This document shows, piece after piece, positions 33,718 to 42,743 of a stretch of 43,891 bases of DNA (position 1 is the first letter of the stretch; every line of letters starts with the position of its first letter). Source of the DNA: Deltaproteobacteria bacterium. GTDB taxonomy: Bacteria; Calditrichota; Calditrichia; RBG-13-44-9; J075. Where the stretch lies: assembly GCA_011526015.1 (NCBI GenBank), contig WYBG01000418.1, positions 1 to 43,891 of the forward strand, written 5' to 3'. The notes below the pieces were generated by a model. That model was not told the DNA's origin, made no database searches, and was given only the letters and a program-made list of their open reading frames with translations. The position numbers were made by a program, and so were the translations under genes.

Positions 33718-34791
33718 TCAGGTGGTTTTCTGCCGCGGAGCGGGAACCCGGTCGAAGGATTTCAGGCGCCGCACCAGGAATTCATTTAACTGCTGATCGG
33801 TAACTTTTTCCAGGCAATTCCCATTCGGGCATTTGCGGATATTGCACTCAGCGCAGGGCGTTACCGGGGGCAGCAGCACCCATTCCAACTGGTGATAAGG
33901 CCCCCAGCGGCGGGGAGAGCAGGGCCCCGCGGGGCAGTAAAACCCCCCTACCGGCACGTTCAAAGCGTTGGCGATGTGCAAGGGGCCGGTGCTGCTGGAG
34001 AGAAACAGCGCTGCGCCGCCGATGAGGCTCATCAGTTGCTCGATGTCGAAACGCCCGGCCGCGGGAATGACCCGGGGAGAATCGAATGCCCCGGCAATCG
34101 CCGCAGCCAGCTCCGATTCCTGCGCCGCGCCGGTAATCAGGATCGAGAATGCGGTATTCTCCAGGAAAAACCGCACGATCCGGCGATATTGCTCCACGCT
34201 GAGATTCGGCGCGGAGCCGCCGTTGCCGGGGTGCAGAATGATAAAATCTCCTGCGATATTCATTTCCTTCAGTCGCTGCATTCGCCATTCCTGCATTTCC
34301 GGGGAAATTTCAAACTCGAAGCGAACGTTCTCCGGCAACTGCGGGATGAGAGAATTGAGCAGGGTTAGATTGTGCTCCAATTCATGCTTTTTTCCGCGCT
34401 TGCGGTGCTCGTAGATGCGCCGGTTCAGGAAAAAAGAGTACCAGCGGTAACCGGCCCCGATGCGCAAAGGGATATTCGCCAGCCGCAGGGCTGCCGCCAG
34501 GGCCGGGCGGGGATAGAATAATATGGCTGCGTCGAACTTGCCGGCGCGAAGTTCTGCGATCAATTTCAGGTGGCCTCGCCAGCCGCGGTGGCGGTCTTCC
34601 GGCTCGTACACCATGATGTCGTCGATGTGGCGGTGGTGCTGCAGCAGAGGCCGGGTATAGGAGCGGGCCAGGAAGGTAACGTGCAGGCCGGGAAAGTGCT
34701 CGCGCAGGATAGAAGCCGCCGGGGTGGTGAGGATTACGTCGCCGATCCGGTCGGTGCGGATTAGCAGGATGCGCTCGAGGGGATGTTTCAT
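33718..34791 (-). CDS. Glycosyltransferase family 9 (LPS heptosyltransferase-like)
   Basis: ILLIRTDRIGDVILTTPA N-terminus and ...STGPLHIANALNVP... are typical of GT9. Confidence 0.8.
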   Translation of the reverse strand: MKHPLERILLIRTDRIGDVILTTPAASILREHFPGLHVTFLARSYTRPLLQHHRHIDDIMVYEPEDRHRGWRGHLKLIAELRAGKFDAAILFYPRPALAAALRLANIPLRIGAGYRWYSFFLNRRIYEHRKRGKKHELEHNLTLLNSLIPQLPENVRFEFEISPEMQEWRMQRLKEMNIAGDFIILHPGNGGSAPNLSVEQYRRIVRFFLENTAFSILITGAAQESELAAAIAGAFDSPRVIPAAGRFDIEQLMSLIGGAALFLSSSTGPLHIANALNVPVGGFYCPAGPCSPRRWGPYHQLEWVLLPPVTPCAECNIRKCPNGNCLEKVTDQQLNEFLVRRLKSFDRVPAPRQKTT

Positions 34792-34902
34792 GTTCCGGCG
34801 TCTAATGGTTTGGCCGCTTTTATTTCAAAACCGGCAATGAATCTAACCGAATTTTGAAGTTGCTCCAACTAACAAATAAATTTGCTTTGAATATTTCAGA
34901 TT

Positions 34903-34930
34903 TTGCCGATTACGTTATTTTGGGTATATT
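34903..34930 (+). promoter_or_regulatory. Candidate promoter of the GT2 gene
   Basis: TTGCCG-16 nt-TATATT, 29 nt upstream of ATG 34959. Confidence 0.35.
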
Positions 34931-34958
34931 GCATCTTTTGATACCGGGACCCTGGGCA

Positions 34959-35717
34959 ATGATGAAAATTTCGGTCGTAATTATCACCTATAACGAAGAA
35001 AAGAACATCGAACGCTGCCTGCGCTCGGTTCAAAACGTGGCCGATGAGATTGTGGTGGTGGATTCCTTCAGCACCGACCACACCCGGGAGATTTGCGAAA
35101 AATTCGGCGCGAAAATTTTCCAACGCAAATGGCAGGGCTATTCCCACACCAAAAATTTCGGCAACGAAATGGCCAGCTACGACCAGGTGCTTTCCATCGA
35201 TGCGGACGAGGCGCTTACCCCGGAACTGGAGGCTTCCATTCTAAAGCTGAAAGCCAAATCCACCGGGGGAATCTACAGTTTCAACCGTCTCACCAATTAC
35301 TGCGGGCAGTGGGTTCGCCATTGCGGATGGTACCCGGACGTAAAAATCCGCCTGTTCAACCGCACCGTGGCCCGCTGGGAAGGCGAATACGTGCACGAAA
35401 AACTCGCCTTCGAAAAATCCTTTGCCGTCCACCATCTGAAGGGCGATTTGCTGCATTTTTCATTTGCCTCGTTGGGGGATCACCTTCAGCGGGTAAACCG
35501 CTACAGCGATCTCGCGGCGCGGGAGATGCTGGAGCGGAAAACCGGCCGGCTGGTATTGAAAATGATCCTAAGCCCTCTTGCCAAATTTATCAAAAGCTAT
35601 TTCTTCAAAAGAGGGTTCCAGGATGGTTTCCACGGCCTGTGCGTTTGCACCATCTCCGCTTTCGATGTTTTCATCCGCTACGCCAAGGCCATCCAGATGC
35701 AGCGGGAAAGGCAGTAG
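34959..35717 (+). CDS. Glycosyltransferase family 2
   Basis: ISVVIITYNEEKNIERCL, VVDSFSTD and SIDADE (DxD) are GT2 signatures. Start at ATG 34959/34962 rather than at the ORF opening 34854. Confidence 0.85.
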   Translation: MMKISVVIITYNEEKNIERCLRSVQNVADEIVVVDSFSTDHTREICEKFGAKIFQRKWQGYSHTKNFGNEMASYDQVLSIDADEALTPELEASILKLKAKSTGGIYSFNRLTNYCGQWVRHCGWYPDVKIRLFNRTVARWEGEYVHEKLAFEKSFAVHHLKGDLLHFSFASLGDHLQRVNRYSDLAAREMLERKTGRLVLKMILSPLAKFIKSYFFKRGFQDGFHGLCVCTISAFDVFIRYAKAIQMQRERQ

Positions 35718-35826
35718 GCAGGGGCAGGAGCAGGAGCAGGTAAGGTAAATTGTTTACTGCCCACTGTGCCCCCCTGCTCCTGCCTACTGCCCCTGCCACC
35801 TGCCCCCGCTCCTGCCACCTGCCCCT
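35710..35826. repeat. GCAGG/CCTGC word inverted repeat spanning both convergent gene ends
   Basis: GGCAGTAGGCAGG(ggcagg)AGCAGG (35710-35740) pairs with CCTGCTCCTGCCTACTGCC (35773-35791). The left arm contains the GT2 stop. The right arm encodes the GT4 tail GAGGRSGGRWQGQ. Confidence 0.85.
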
Positions 35827-36965
35827 GTCTTTCCTAACACTTCCCGGTAAACTTCCAGGGTTTTTTCCGCAAATACCGGGTAACTGTATTTCGCCTCCGC
35901 GATTGCCCGCGCCTTCCGACCCATCTCCGCCCGCAGGGAGGGATTTTCTACCAGCCTCAAAATCTTCTCTGCCAGGGCCGCCGCCTCCCCGGCCGGGAAC
36001 ACGAACCCGTTCTCGCCTTCGGCAACGATTTCCGGCAGCACGTTGACGTCGCTGGCTACCTGGGGTTTTCCCATGGCCATGTATTCCACGGAAATCCGGC
36101 AAATCACCTCCGAGCCGTTGGAAGCCACGACCCCGACGTCTAAGCAGTGGATCAGGTCGCGCACGTCCAGATCTTCCCGGCGATCTAAGAAAATGACCCG
36201 GTCATAGATCCCCAAATCCCGGGAAAGCTGTTGCAATTGCCCGTGGGTGACGTTACAAGTCTCCCCGCTGACCAAAAAGCGGGTTTGGGGAGCGCGCTCC
36301 GCTACCAGCGCCGCCGCCCGCAAAAAGGTGTGATGGTCTTTTACCGGATCGAGGCGAGCAATGATGCCAACGAGGACCTCCGCCTCGCCGATCCCGAATT
36401 CCCTGCGAACCGGTCCATTTTTATAGCCCGGTTGAAAAAAATCGGTATCTATCGCGCTATAAATGACTGCGCTCTTGTTCTCGAAAATCGGCCAGACTGC
36501 CTGGTAGCGCTGGTAGCTGGCCTTGCAGCTAAAGATCAAAAAATCCATTCCCTGCCGGTGCAGCCATTTATTGGTGGGATTATTCTTGGGCGGGCGCACG
36601 TCGCTGACGGTGCGGATCACCGGAAAGGGATTGCGGGAGAATTTTTTGGCCAACACCGCAAAAAAACCGTCCTCCGGGCGGTGGGCGTTGACCAGGGCAA
36701 TCTCCCGTTGTTTGAGGAACCGTTTCAGGCTGGTTACATTGCGAATCGCGACGCCGGGATGGAACGATTCTAAGTTGATGGCGGTGAAAACCGGCAGGCC
36801 GACTTCTGATGCTTTTAGCAAGGGCGGGCTATCCCCCCGGCCCCCCACAACGCTGAAATGCCCGGCGCGGTTGAGGGCTTCCGCCAGGCTGACCCCGTAG
36901 TAGGCGCTGGCATTCCACCAGCGCACCGATACCAGTTGGAGAGTTTCGATACGATTCTGTTTCAT
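35784..36965 (-). CDS. Glycosyltransferase family 4 (GT-B fold)
   Basis: C-terminal EGENGFVFP (E-x7-E region) and GT-B architecture. Start placed at ATG 36965 (MKQNRIETLQLVS); the ORF opens at 36989, inside the adjacent repeat. Confidence 0.8.
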   Translation of the reverse strand: MKQNRIETLQLVSVRWWNASAYYGVSLAEALNRAGHFSVVGGRGDSPPLLKASEVGLPVFTAINLESFHPGVAIRNVTSLKRFLKQREIALVNAHRPEDGFFAVLAKKFSRNPFPVIRTVSDVRPPKNNPTNKWLHRQGMDFLIFSCKASYQRYQAVWPIFENKSAVIYSAIDTDFFQPGYKNGPVRREFGIGEAEVLVGIIARLDPVKDHHTFLRAAALVAERAPQTRFLVSGETCNVTHGQLQQLSRDLGIYDRVIFLDRREDLDVRDLIHCLDVGVVASNGSEVICRISVEYMAMGKPQVASDVNVLPEIVAEGENGFVFPAGEAAALAEKILRLVENPSLRAEMGRKARAIAEAKYSYPVFAEKTLEVYREVLGKTGAGGRSGGRWQGQ

Positions 36966-36985
36966 GCGCGTTATACTGCGTAAGG

Positions 36986-37046
36986 GCATAATAGGGTATA
37001 GGGCTTTGTCTCCTTATACCTTATACCTTACACCCTATACCCTGCA
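36986..37046. repeat. GGTATAGGG/CCTTATA word hairpin between rsmB and the GT4 gene
   Basis: Perfect 11-bp stem AGGGTATAGGG (36993-37003) / CCCTATACCCT (37033-37043). Right arm reads ccttata ccttata ccttaca ccctata ccctgca. Confidence 0.85.
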
Positions 37047-37051
37047 CTGTT

Positions 37052-38473
37052 TCACCGCGCTATTTTCCGCAGCCGCGCTGCAAAGGAGCCGTCCATCTTG
37101 TGGCGATGGGGAAAAGTGCGCACATAATTTTTGTGCCAGAGGTATTTTTCCGGAATCTCCCCGGTTAAATCTTCTAATACAAAGTCCGCATGTTGCTGCA
37201 AAAATTGTTCGATCACCTGCTCATTTTCTTCCGGCTCGATGGTGCAGGTGCTATAAACAAGCTTTCCGTCCACCCGGAGCGCCTCCGCGGCGGCGGCCAG
37301 TAATTGCAATTGCAGGCGGTGCATGTTTTCGATGTCCTGCAGGGTGCGCTTCCATTTCAAATCCACCCGTTTGGAGAGCACTCCCAGGCCGGAACAGGGA
37401 GCGTCCAGCAAAATTTTATCGAATTTTTGGGCGGTAGGAAGCTGGGTGGCGTCCGCCGCCGCCACAAAAGCGATCCGCGCGCCCAGGCGCTGCAAATTAT
37501 CATGCAACTGCCCGGCGCGGTTATGGTGTCGGTCTAAGGCCAGCAGCAGCCCCTGGTTGTGCATCATATCCACGATGTAACCGGATTTTCCCCCCGGAGC
37601 GGCGCACATATCCAGCACCTTCTCTCCCGGGCGCGGCTGCAGCAGCCGTACCGGAATGCCGGTGCTGACGTCCTGCACCGATACCCATCCCTTGCGCAAA
37701 AAATCCAGTTTGCGGAAATCGGAAAAGCTGTCGATGCGAATGAATTCCGGAAAATCCGGGTGGGTTTGATAGGGAATGTTGTGCTCCTGCAAGACCTTGT
37801 ACAACATCCCGGAGTCCGCGTGAAGAAAATTCAACCGGGCATAAAGGGTGGGGCGGTCGTTGTTGGACTCGCAGAGGTGCAGGGTTTCATCCACCCCCCA
37901 TTGCTCTATCCAGCGCTGCACCAGCCAGTTGGGGTGGGAATAACGCACGCACAGGCGCGGCACGTAATCCAGCTGCATCTCCACGTATTCCAACTTTTTC
38001 TGCTGGCGCAGGAAATTGCGCAGGATGGCGTTCACCAGGTTGGCGGTTTTCTGGTTATAGCGGGTTTTGGCGATCTCCACTGCCTCGTTGAGCACCGCAT
38101 AGGGAGGAATGCGGTCCAAATACATCAACTGGTAGGCGGCGGAGCGCAAATTGCTTTTCACGTCCGGGATCAGGTTTTCGTATTCTCCCACGTACAATTG
38201 GCTCAAATACCAATCTAAGCGGTATTGCCAGCGCAGCGCCCCGTTCACCACCTCGGTGATGAGGTTGCGATCTTCCTCCTCGAATTCGTCGATCTCCCGT
38301 TCCAGCAGCTTATCGGTAAAAGCCTGGCGGGTTTCCACCCGGGTGAGAATCTCGATGATCTTGGTGCGGGCGTTGATCTGGGAAGGATATTTTTCTTTGG
38401 GCGATAACGCATCATCTCCATCATCGCCGGGCGGTAGCGAGGTTTCCGGGTTGGAATCTTTCAAATCGTTCAT
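37052..38473 (-). CDS. rsmB: 16S rRNA (cytosine967-C5)-methyltransferase RsmB/Sun
   Basis: N-terminal NusB-like domain. SAM motif VLDMCAAPGGKS. Catalytic cysteines in DAPCSGLG and VYSTCT. Confidence 0.9.
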   Translation of the reverse strand: MNDLKDSNPETSLPPGDDGDDALSPKEKYPSQINARTKIIEILTRVETRQAFTDKLLEREIDEFEEEDRNLITEVVNGALRWQYRLDWYLSQLYVGEYENLIPDVKSNLRSAAYQLMYLDRIPPYAVLNEAVEIAKTRYNQKTANLVNAILRNFLRQQKKLEYVEMQLDYVPRLCVRYSHPNWLVQRWIEQWGVDETLHLCESNNDRPTLYARLNFLHADSGMLYKVLQEHNIPYQTHPDFPEFIRIDSFSDFRKLDFLRKGWVSVQDVSTGIPVRLLQPRPGEKVLDMCAAPGGKSGYIVDMMHNQGLLLALDRHHNRAGQLHDNLQRLGARIAFVAAADATQLPTAQKFDKILLDAPCSGLGVLSKRVDLKWKRTLQDIENMHRLQLQLLAAAAEALRVDGKLVYSTCTIEPEENEQVIEQFLQQHADFVLEDLTGEIPEKYLWHKNYVRTFPHRHKMDGSFAARLRKIAR

Positions 38474-38543
38474 GGTTGAAACGGCCCTGTTAATATAGTG
38501 AATGGCTCCATTTATGATAAAACGTGGTCCGTGATTCGTAACT

Positions 38544-38673
38544 CGTAATGCGTAACTGGTAATGAGTATTGCGTATTGCGTATTTCGTATTTCGTATTTC
38601 GTATTTCGTATTTCGTTACGTTTTACGCATTACGCTTCACGTTTTACATTTTACATTTTACGTATTACGCTTC
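38544..38673. repeat. CGTATT/ACGCATT heptamer arrays between usp and rsmB
   Basis: 12-bp stem CGTAATGCGTAA (38544-55) / TTACGCATTACG (38623-34). CGTATTT x5 lies at 38579-38613 within a 7-nt phased run from about 38565. Eight ACNNTTN units at 38618-38673 run across the usp stop codon and its last 4 codons (KRNT). Confidence 0.9.
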
Positions 38674-39551
38674 ACCGTCAATACCGGGCAGGTTGCCTGG
38701 CGAACCACCTTTTCCGCGGTGCTGCCCATCAGCAGATATTCCATGCCGGTCGATCCGTGAGAGGAAATTACCAGCAAGTCGATGGGGTTTTTTTGGGCAT
38801 AATCGACGATTTCCTGGTGCGCAAGCCCCTTTTTGACCACGTAATCTTCCACCAAATCCGGTTCCAGGCTGTCAGCGACAAATTCCTCCAGGTTTTCCCG
38901 CACGATGCGCGGCAAATTACGATCAATATCGAAAATCGTTTCCTCCCCTTCGCTATAGAAAGAGGGATAGATGTCCTGCTCGATGACATGGAACAGGATT
39001 ACCTTTGCGTTACAGGCGCGGGAAATTTCCGCCGCGGCTTCCAGGGCGGAACGGGAAGGAATCGAAAAATCAACCGGCACCAGAACCCGCGAGATGGAGG
39101 AATTATTAAACGAGCGGTGAACCGTAAGCACCGGGATGGGAGACATGCGCACCATCCGTTCCGTCACCCTTCCCTGTAAGAACCGCTTCAGGCCGCCGCG
39201 CCCGTGGGTTCCGATCACCAGCAGGTCGAAGCGGTTTTGCCCCAGGAATTCCAGCAACGCATCTGCCGGATTGAATCCCCGCAGGAGCACGAAATCTACC
39301 CCGGGCGGATCGCCGCCGGCCCTGTCCAGGTAGGGTTGAGCCTGCCGGCGAATCTTAGCTTCCTCTTTGCGGGCCCAGCCTTCATAATCCGCAGGTTGAA
39401 TGGTTTCGTCGGACTCTTCTTCAAAGGGTTCGATAACGTGCGCCAGGGTGAGCCTGGCCCGGCACTGCTTACCAAACCCAAAAGCGAATTCTACCGCAGT
39501 TGCCGAGAATTCGCTGAAGTCTGCCGCCACCAGGATGTGTCCGTAGTCCAT
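38658..39551 (-). CDS. Tandem-domain universal stress protein (UspA family)
   Basis: Two Usp domains, each ending in a G-x2-G-x9-G(S/T)-like segment (IGTHGRGGLKRFLQGRVTERMV; ISSHGSTGMEYLLMGSTAEKVV). Confidence 0.85.
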   Translation of the reverse strand: MDYGHILVAADFSEFSATAVEFAFGFGKQCRARLTLAHVIEPFEEESDETIQPADYEGWARKEEAKIRRQAQPYLDRAGGDPPGVDFVLLRGFNPADALLEFLGQNRFDLLVIGTHGRGGLKRFLQGRVTERMVRMSPIPVLTVHRSFNNSSISRVLVPVDFSIPSRSALEAAAEISRACNAKVILFHVIEQDIYPSFYSEGEETIFDIDRNLPRIVRENLEEFVADSLEPDLVEDYVVKKGLAHQEIVDYAQKNPIDLLVISSHGSTGMEYLLMGSTAEKVVRQATCPVLTVKRNT

Positions 39552-39747
39552 CGCTTACATTCAGTTAATGATTCGGCAAAATTAAACTCCAATGGCCTTC
39601 AATCAAACAAAAATAAAAACTCAAAATGAACCGGATGACAGGCCCTTCAATCTTTGAATTTTCATTCACCCGGCGCCCGGTTCCGACTTCCGGAGCTCGA
39701 TTCCAGGTGCTCGATCAATAATTCTTCGCCGTGCAGCAACTCCCCCC

Positions 39748-39776
39748 TTGACAATTTCACGGTAGTTGAGTATTTT
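39748..39776 (+). promoter_or_regulatory. Candidate sigma70-type promoter of the OPT transporter gene
   Basis: TTGACA-17 nt-TATTTT, about 70 nt upstream of ATG 39847, which is preceded by AAGGAG. Confidence 0.55.
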
Positions 39777-39846
39777 GGCCTCTAATTTGGAGCGGCATTC
39801 CTGATGATCAAATTTCCCTGTCAAACATTAGCAAAAGGAGACGAGT

Positions 39847-41880
39847 ATGGCAGAAATCAAGACCACGGGAGGTGAGCACCCCCGGTACAAACCCTACGTT
39901 CCCGCGGAATCATCCATGGCAGAATTCACCATTCGCGCCCTGATTATCGGCCTGGTGATGGCGGTGATCTTAGGGGCGGCGAATGCGTACCTGGGTTTGA
40001 AAGCAGGAATGACCATTGCGGCAACCTACCCGGCCGCGGTGATCGGAATGGCCGTTTTGCGGCTCGTGAAAGGCTCCATCCTGGAAGAAAATTTTGCCCG
40101 AACCGTCGGCTCCATCGGTGAATCGGTGGCCGCGGGGGCGATTTTTACCATTCCGGCGTTCCTTATCGCCGGGGTGTGGACCGAATTTGCCACCACCCAG
40201 CGCTACCTGGAGGCCACCGCCATCATGCTGGTGGGCGGGATCATCGGGATCCTCTTCGTTACCATTCTCCGGCGGGTGATGGTAGAAGACGTCGAGCTGC
40301 CCTATCCCGAATCCGTGGCCGCTTCGGAAATTCACAAGGCCGGAAGGGCCGGCGGCAGCGGGGCCATGTACCTGTTTGGCGCCGGGCTGTTGGGCGCGCT
40401 CATCCAGGCGTTGAAACAATTGAACCTGTTTGCCGCCAGTTGGGAAAAATTCATTCCATTTTCCAAATCGGCGATTGATTTGCGCACCGGCGGCGCTACC
40501 GTGCAGGGCAGCGGCGGCGCTTTGATTTCCACCCCGGGAGTCAGCCCGGCTTATATCGGGGTCGGTTATATCATCGGTCCCCGCCTGGCCTCGCTCAACT
40601 TCAGCGGAGGGCTGATCAGTTGGGGATTATTCGTTCCCCTGCTGCTGTACTTTTTAGGCCCTGATTTTGAGGTGGGAATGGAAGGCGGCGTCTCGGAACA
40701 CCATTGGATCGATCAGGCCAACGGGGTGTGGCGTTTCATCGTTCGCCCGATTGCCATTGGCGGGATGTTGATGAGCGCGGTTTATACCCTCTGGCGGATG
40801 CGCAAAAACCTGATCGGCGGCCTTACGCGCTCGGTCAGCGACGTGAAAAAAGCCGCCGCCGGGGTGGGCGAAACCAACCGGATCGAAAAAGACATTAACT
40901 TCAAATGGGTATTAACCGGGATCATCATTTCCGCGGTTTTGACGTTCTTCCTCTATAATTATTTCAGCGGCGATATTAGCGCAGCCCTGGTCGCTACCCT
41001 GGTGATGATTGTGGCAGGGTTCTTTTTTGCCGCGGTATCCGGCTACCTGGTGGGCTTGATCGGCTCCAGCAATAATCCCATCAGCGGCCTCACCCTTTCC
41101 ACCCTCATCGTGGCCGCGCTGCTGATGGTCGCCCTGGGCCAGAAAGGCGCCGCCGGAATTGCGGCGGTGTTAGGCGTGGCCGGGGTGATCTGCGTTTCCG
41201 CGGCCGTGGCCGGGGAAATGCTGCAAGACTTGAAGGTCGGGCACATTCTCGGCGGCACTCCCTGGAAAATGCAGGTAGGCGATATCTTTGGCGTGCTCCT
41301 TTCCGCTGCGGTCATGTTCTTTCCCCTGGTGATTTTGCACCAGGGAGATATTAACACCGGCGGCACCGGTTTCGGGGGCAAAAACCTTCCCGCTCCCCAG
41401 GCCAGCTTGATGGCGCTGGTGTCGCAAGGAATCGTGGGCGGGGAAATGGCCTGGCCGCTCATTATCGTCGGTATTTTGATGGCCATCGCGTTTATCCTGG
41501 TGCAAATCAAAAGCCCCATGCTGGTGTGCGTGGGGATGTACCTGCCCCTGGAAACCACCTTCGCGATCTTCATCGGCGGGGTGATTCGCGGCATCGTGGA
41601 TAAAATGGTCGAAAGAAGGAAATTCAACGCCGCCCAGAAAGCCCGGGTGGAAAACAACGGGGTGCTGCTGGCCTCGGGCTTGATCGCCGGGGAGGCCCTG
41701 GTGGGGCTGGTCTTTGCCTGGCTGGCCTTCTCTGAAAAGCCCATCCCGCAAATTCTCGAGCATTCTTCCTTCATTACCAGCCTGTTCGTGTTCCTGTTGA
41801 TCGGCCTGGTGCTTACCATGATCCCGGTGCGCAACGCCGGCAAGCCCGATGAACCGGCGCCGCCCAGCGCAATGATGTAA
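39847..41880 (+). CDS. OPT-family oligopeptide transporter
   Basis: 677 aa, about 16 TM. N-terminal EFTIRALIIGLVMAVILGAANAYLGLKAGMT and SNNPISGLTLSTL are typical of bacterial OPT proteins. Confidence 0.85.
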   Translation: MAEIKTTGGEHPRYKPYVPAESSMAEFTIRALIIGLVMAVILGAANAYLGLKAGMTIAATYPAAVIGMAVLRLVKGSILEENFARTVGSIGESVAAGAIFTIPAFLIAGVWTEFATTQRYLEATAIMLVGGIIGILFVTILRRVMVEDVELPYPESVAASEIHKAGRAGGSGAMYLFGAGLLGALIQALKQLNLFAASWEKFIPFSKSAIDLRTGGATVQGSGGALISTPGVSPAYIGVGYIIGPRLASLNFSGGLISWGLFVPLLLYFLGPDFEVGMEGGVSEHHWIDQANGVWRFIVRPIAIGGMLMSAVYTLWRMRKNLIGGLTRSVSDVKKAAAGVGETNRIEKDINFKWVLTGIIISAVLTFFLYNYFSGDISAALVATLVMIVAGFFFAAVSGYLVGLIGSSNNPISGLTLSTLIVAALLMVALGQKGAAGIAAVLGVAGVICVSAAVAGEMLQDLKVGHILGGTPWKMQVGDIFGVLLSAAVMFFPLVILHQGDINTGGTGFGGKNLPAPQASLMALVSQGIVGGEMAWPLIIVGILMAIAFILVQIKSPMLVCVGMYLPLETTFAIFIGGVIRGIVDKMVERRKFNAAQKARVENNGVLLASGLIAGEALVGLVFAWLAFSEKPIPQILEHSSFITSLFVFLLIGLVLTMIPVRNAGKPDEPAPPSAMM

Positions 41881-41922
41881 GGCGGACAAGGTAGAAGGAT
41901 ATAGGAATAAGGAAAAAGAAAG

Positions 41923-41968
41923 GGTATGAGGTCGGGGCGAGTTTTATCCGGCCTCATACCGTTTTTTT
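41923..41968 (+). terminator. Rho-independent terminator of the OPT gene
   Basis: 13-bp stem GGTATGAGGTCGG (41923-35) / CCGGCCTCATACC (41948-60), one G-U, followed by GTTTTTTT. Confidence 0.85.
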
Positions 41969-41971
41969 AAA

Positions 41972-42160
41972 TAACTGATGTTACGCGGTTTCTCCAAATT
42001 AGCCACAGAAACCACAGAGAACCCAGAGTTCTTATCTTACAGAAGGCCGGCATCACATTTTCGTTTATAAATGTGTTGCCAAGCCAGTAAACATTTGATT
42101 TTCTCTGTGCGCTCTGTGCCCTCTGCGGCTAAATTTTTCTGGCCTGCGTAACATCAGTTA
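41972..42160. repeat. 189-bp element with 15-bp perfect terminal inverted repeats and about 56-nt imperfect arms (MITE-like or giant word hairpin)
   Basis: TAACTGATGTTACGC (41972-86) / GCGTAACATCAGTTA (42146-60). The arms contain 9-nt phased CACAGAG / CTCTGTG words. The core holds three segments that can pair alternatively: CACATTT (42054-60), AAATGTG (42069-75) and ACATTT (42091-96). Confidence 0.8.
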
Positions 42161-42176
42161 AATAACCGCTCATTCA

Positions 42177-42551
42177 ATGTTGACTTCGCGAGAGATGAGA
42201 AAAAAGAACACTCCGGCCGTCAATCTCCTGGATTTAAAACCGCTACGCAATCTCCTGCACTGGGAAACCGGGGAGAACGGGTTGATCGTGCTCCTGGTTC
42301 CCAAATTCCAAAACCGCTATCTCGTCAAATGGCTGATGCCCCGCCTGGCAAAGCCCAATTTCCGGGTTAAGCTGGATGCCTACGGCAGTTTTGTTTGGAG
42401 CCAGTGCGACGGGAATACCACGGTAGCGGAGATGGCGGAGCGGATGCGGGAAAAATTCGGCGAAAAAGCGGAACCGCTGTACGACCGGATTGCCCGGTTC
42501 CTTCAAAGGCTGGAGCGTGAAGATTTCCTGCGCTTGAATGCGAAGCCGTAG
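42177..42551 (+). CDS. PqqD-family (RRE-type) protein
   Basis: FVWSQCDGNTTVAEMAERMREKFGE...LYDRIARFLQRLEREDFLRL resembles the PqqD winged-helix. An alternative start is ATG 42195. Confidence 0.6.
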   Translation: MLTSREMRKKNTPAVNLLDLKPLRNLLHWETGENGLIVLLVPKFQNRYLVKWLMPRLAKPNFRVKLDAYGSFVWSQCDGNTTVAEMAERMREKFGEKAEPLYDRIARFLQRLEREDFLRLNAKP

Positions 42552-42665
42552 CAACAGGGCTGCCGACGCCGGTGGCGAGGTAAAGGATTCTTCGCCGCCG
42601 GACAGACGCCCCTCCGATCGTTTCATTAAAACGCCCCTCTCCCCTCCCCATTTCTTTAAAATCTC

Positions 42666-42694
42666 TTGAAGTTCTCCCCTTCACCGCCTATATT
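42666..42694 (+). promoter_or_regulatory. Candidate sigma70-type promoter of the MTH1187-like gene
   Basis: TTGAAG-17 nt-TATATT. The -10 element overlaps the inverted repeat ATTCAC agc GTGAAT (42692-42706). Confidence 0.5.
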
Positions 42695-42743
42695 CACAGC
42701 GTGAATTTATGTTCACTAACTTAAACGGAGGAGGCTTCAGGCC

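Noticed and set aside
38562-39179. Plus-strand ORFs starting in the CGTATT array (MSIAYCVFRISYFVFRIS...), plus three nested variants
   Set aside because: The periodic peptide is an artefact of translating heptamer repeats. The remainder is antisense to the well-supported tandem Usp gene.
41965-42165. Target-site duplication flanking the 189-bp inverted-repeat element
   Set aside because: The flanks are A-rich (..TTAAA | AATAA..), so only 2-3 ambiguous bases match. This is not sufficient to claim a TSD.
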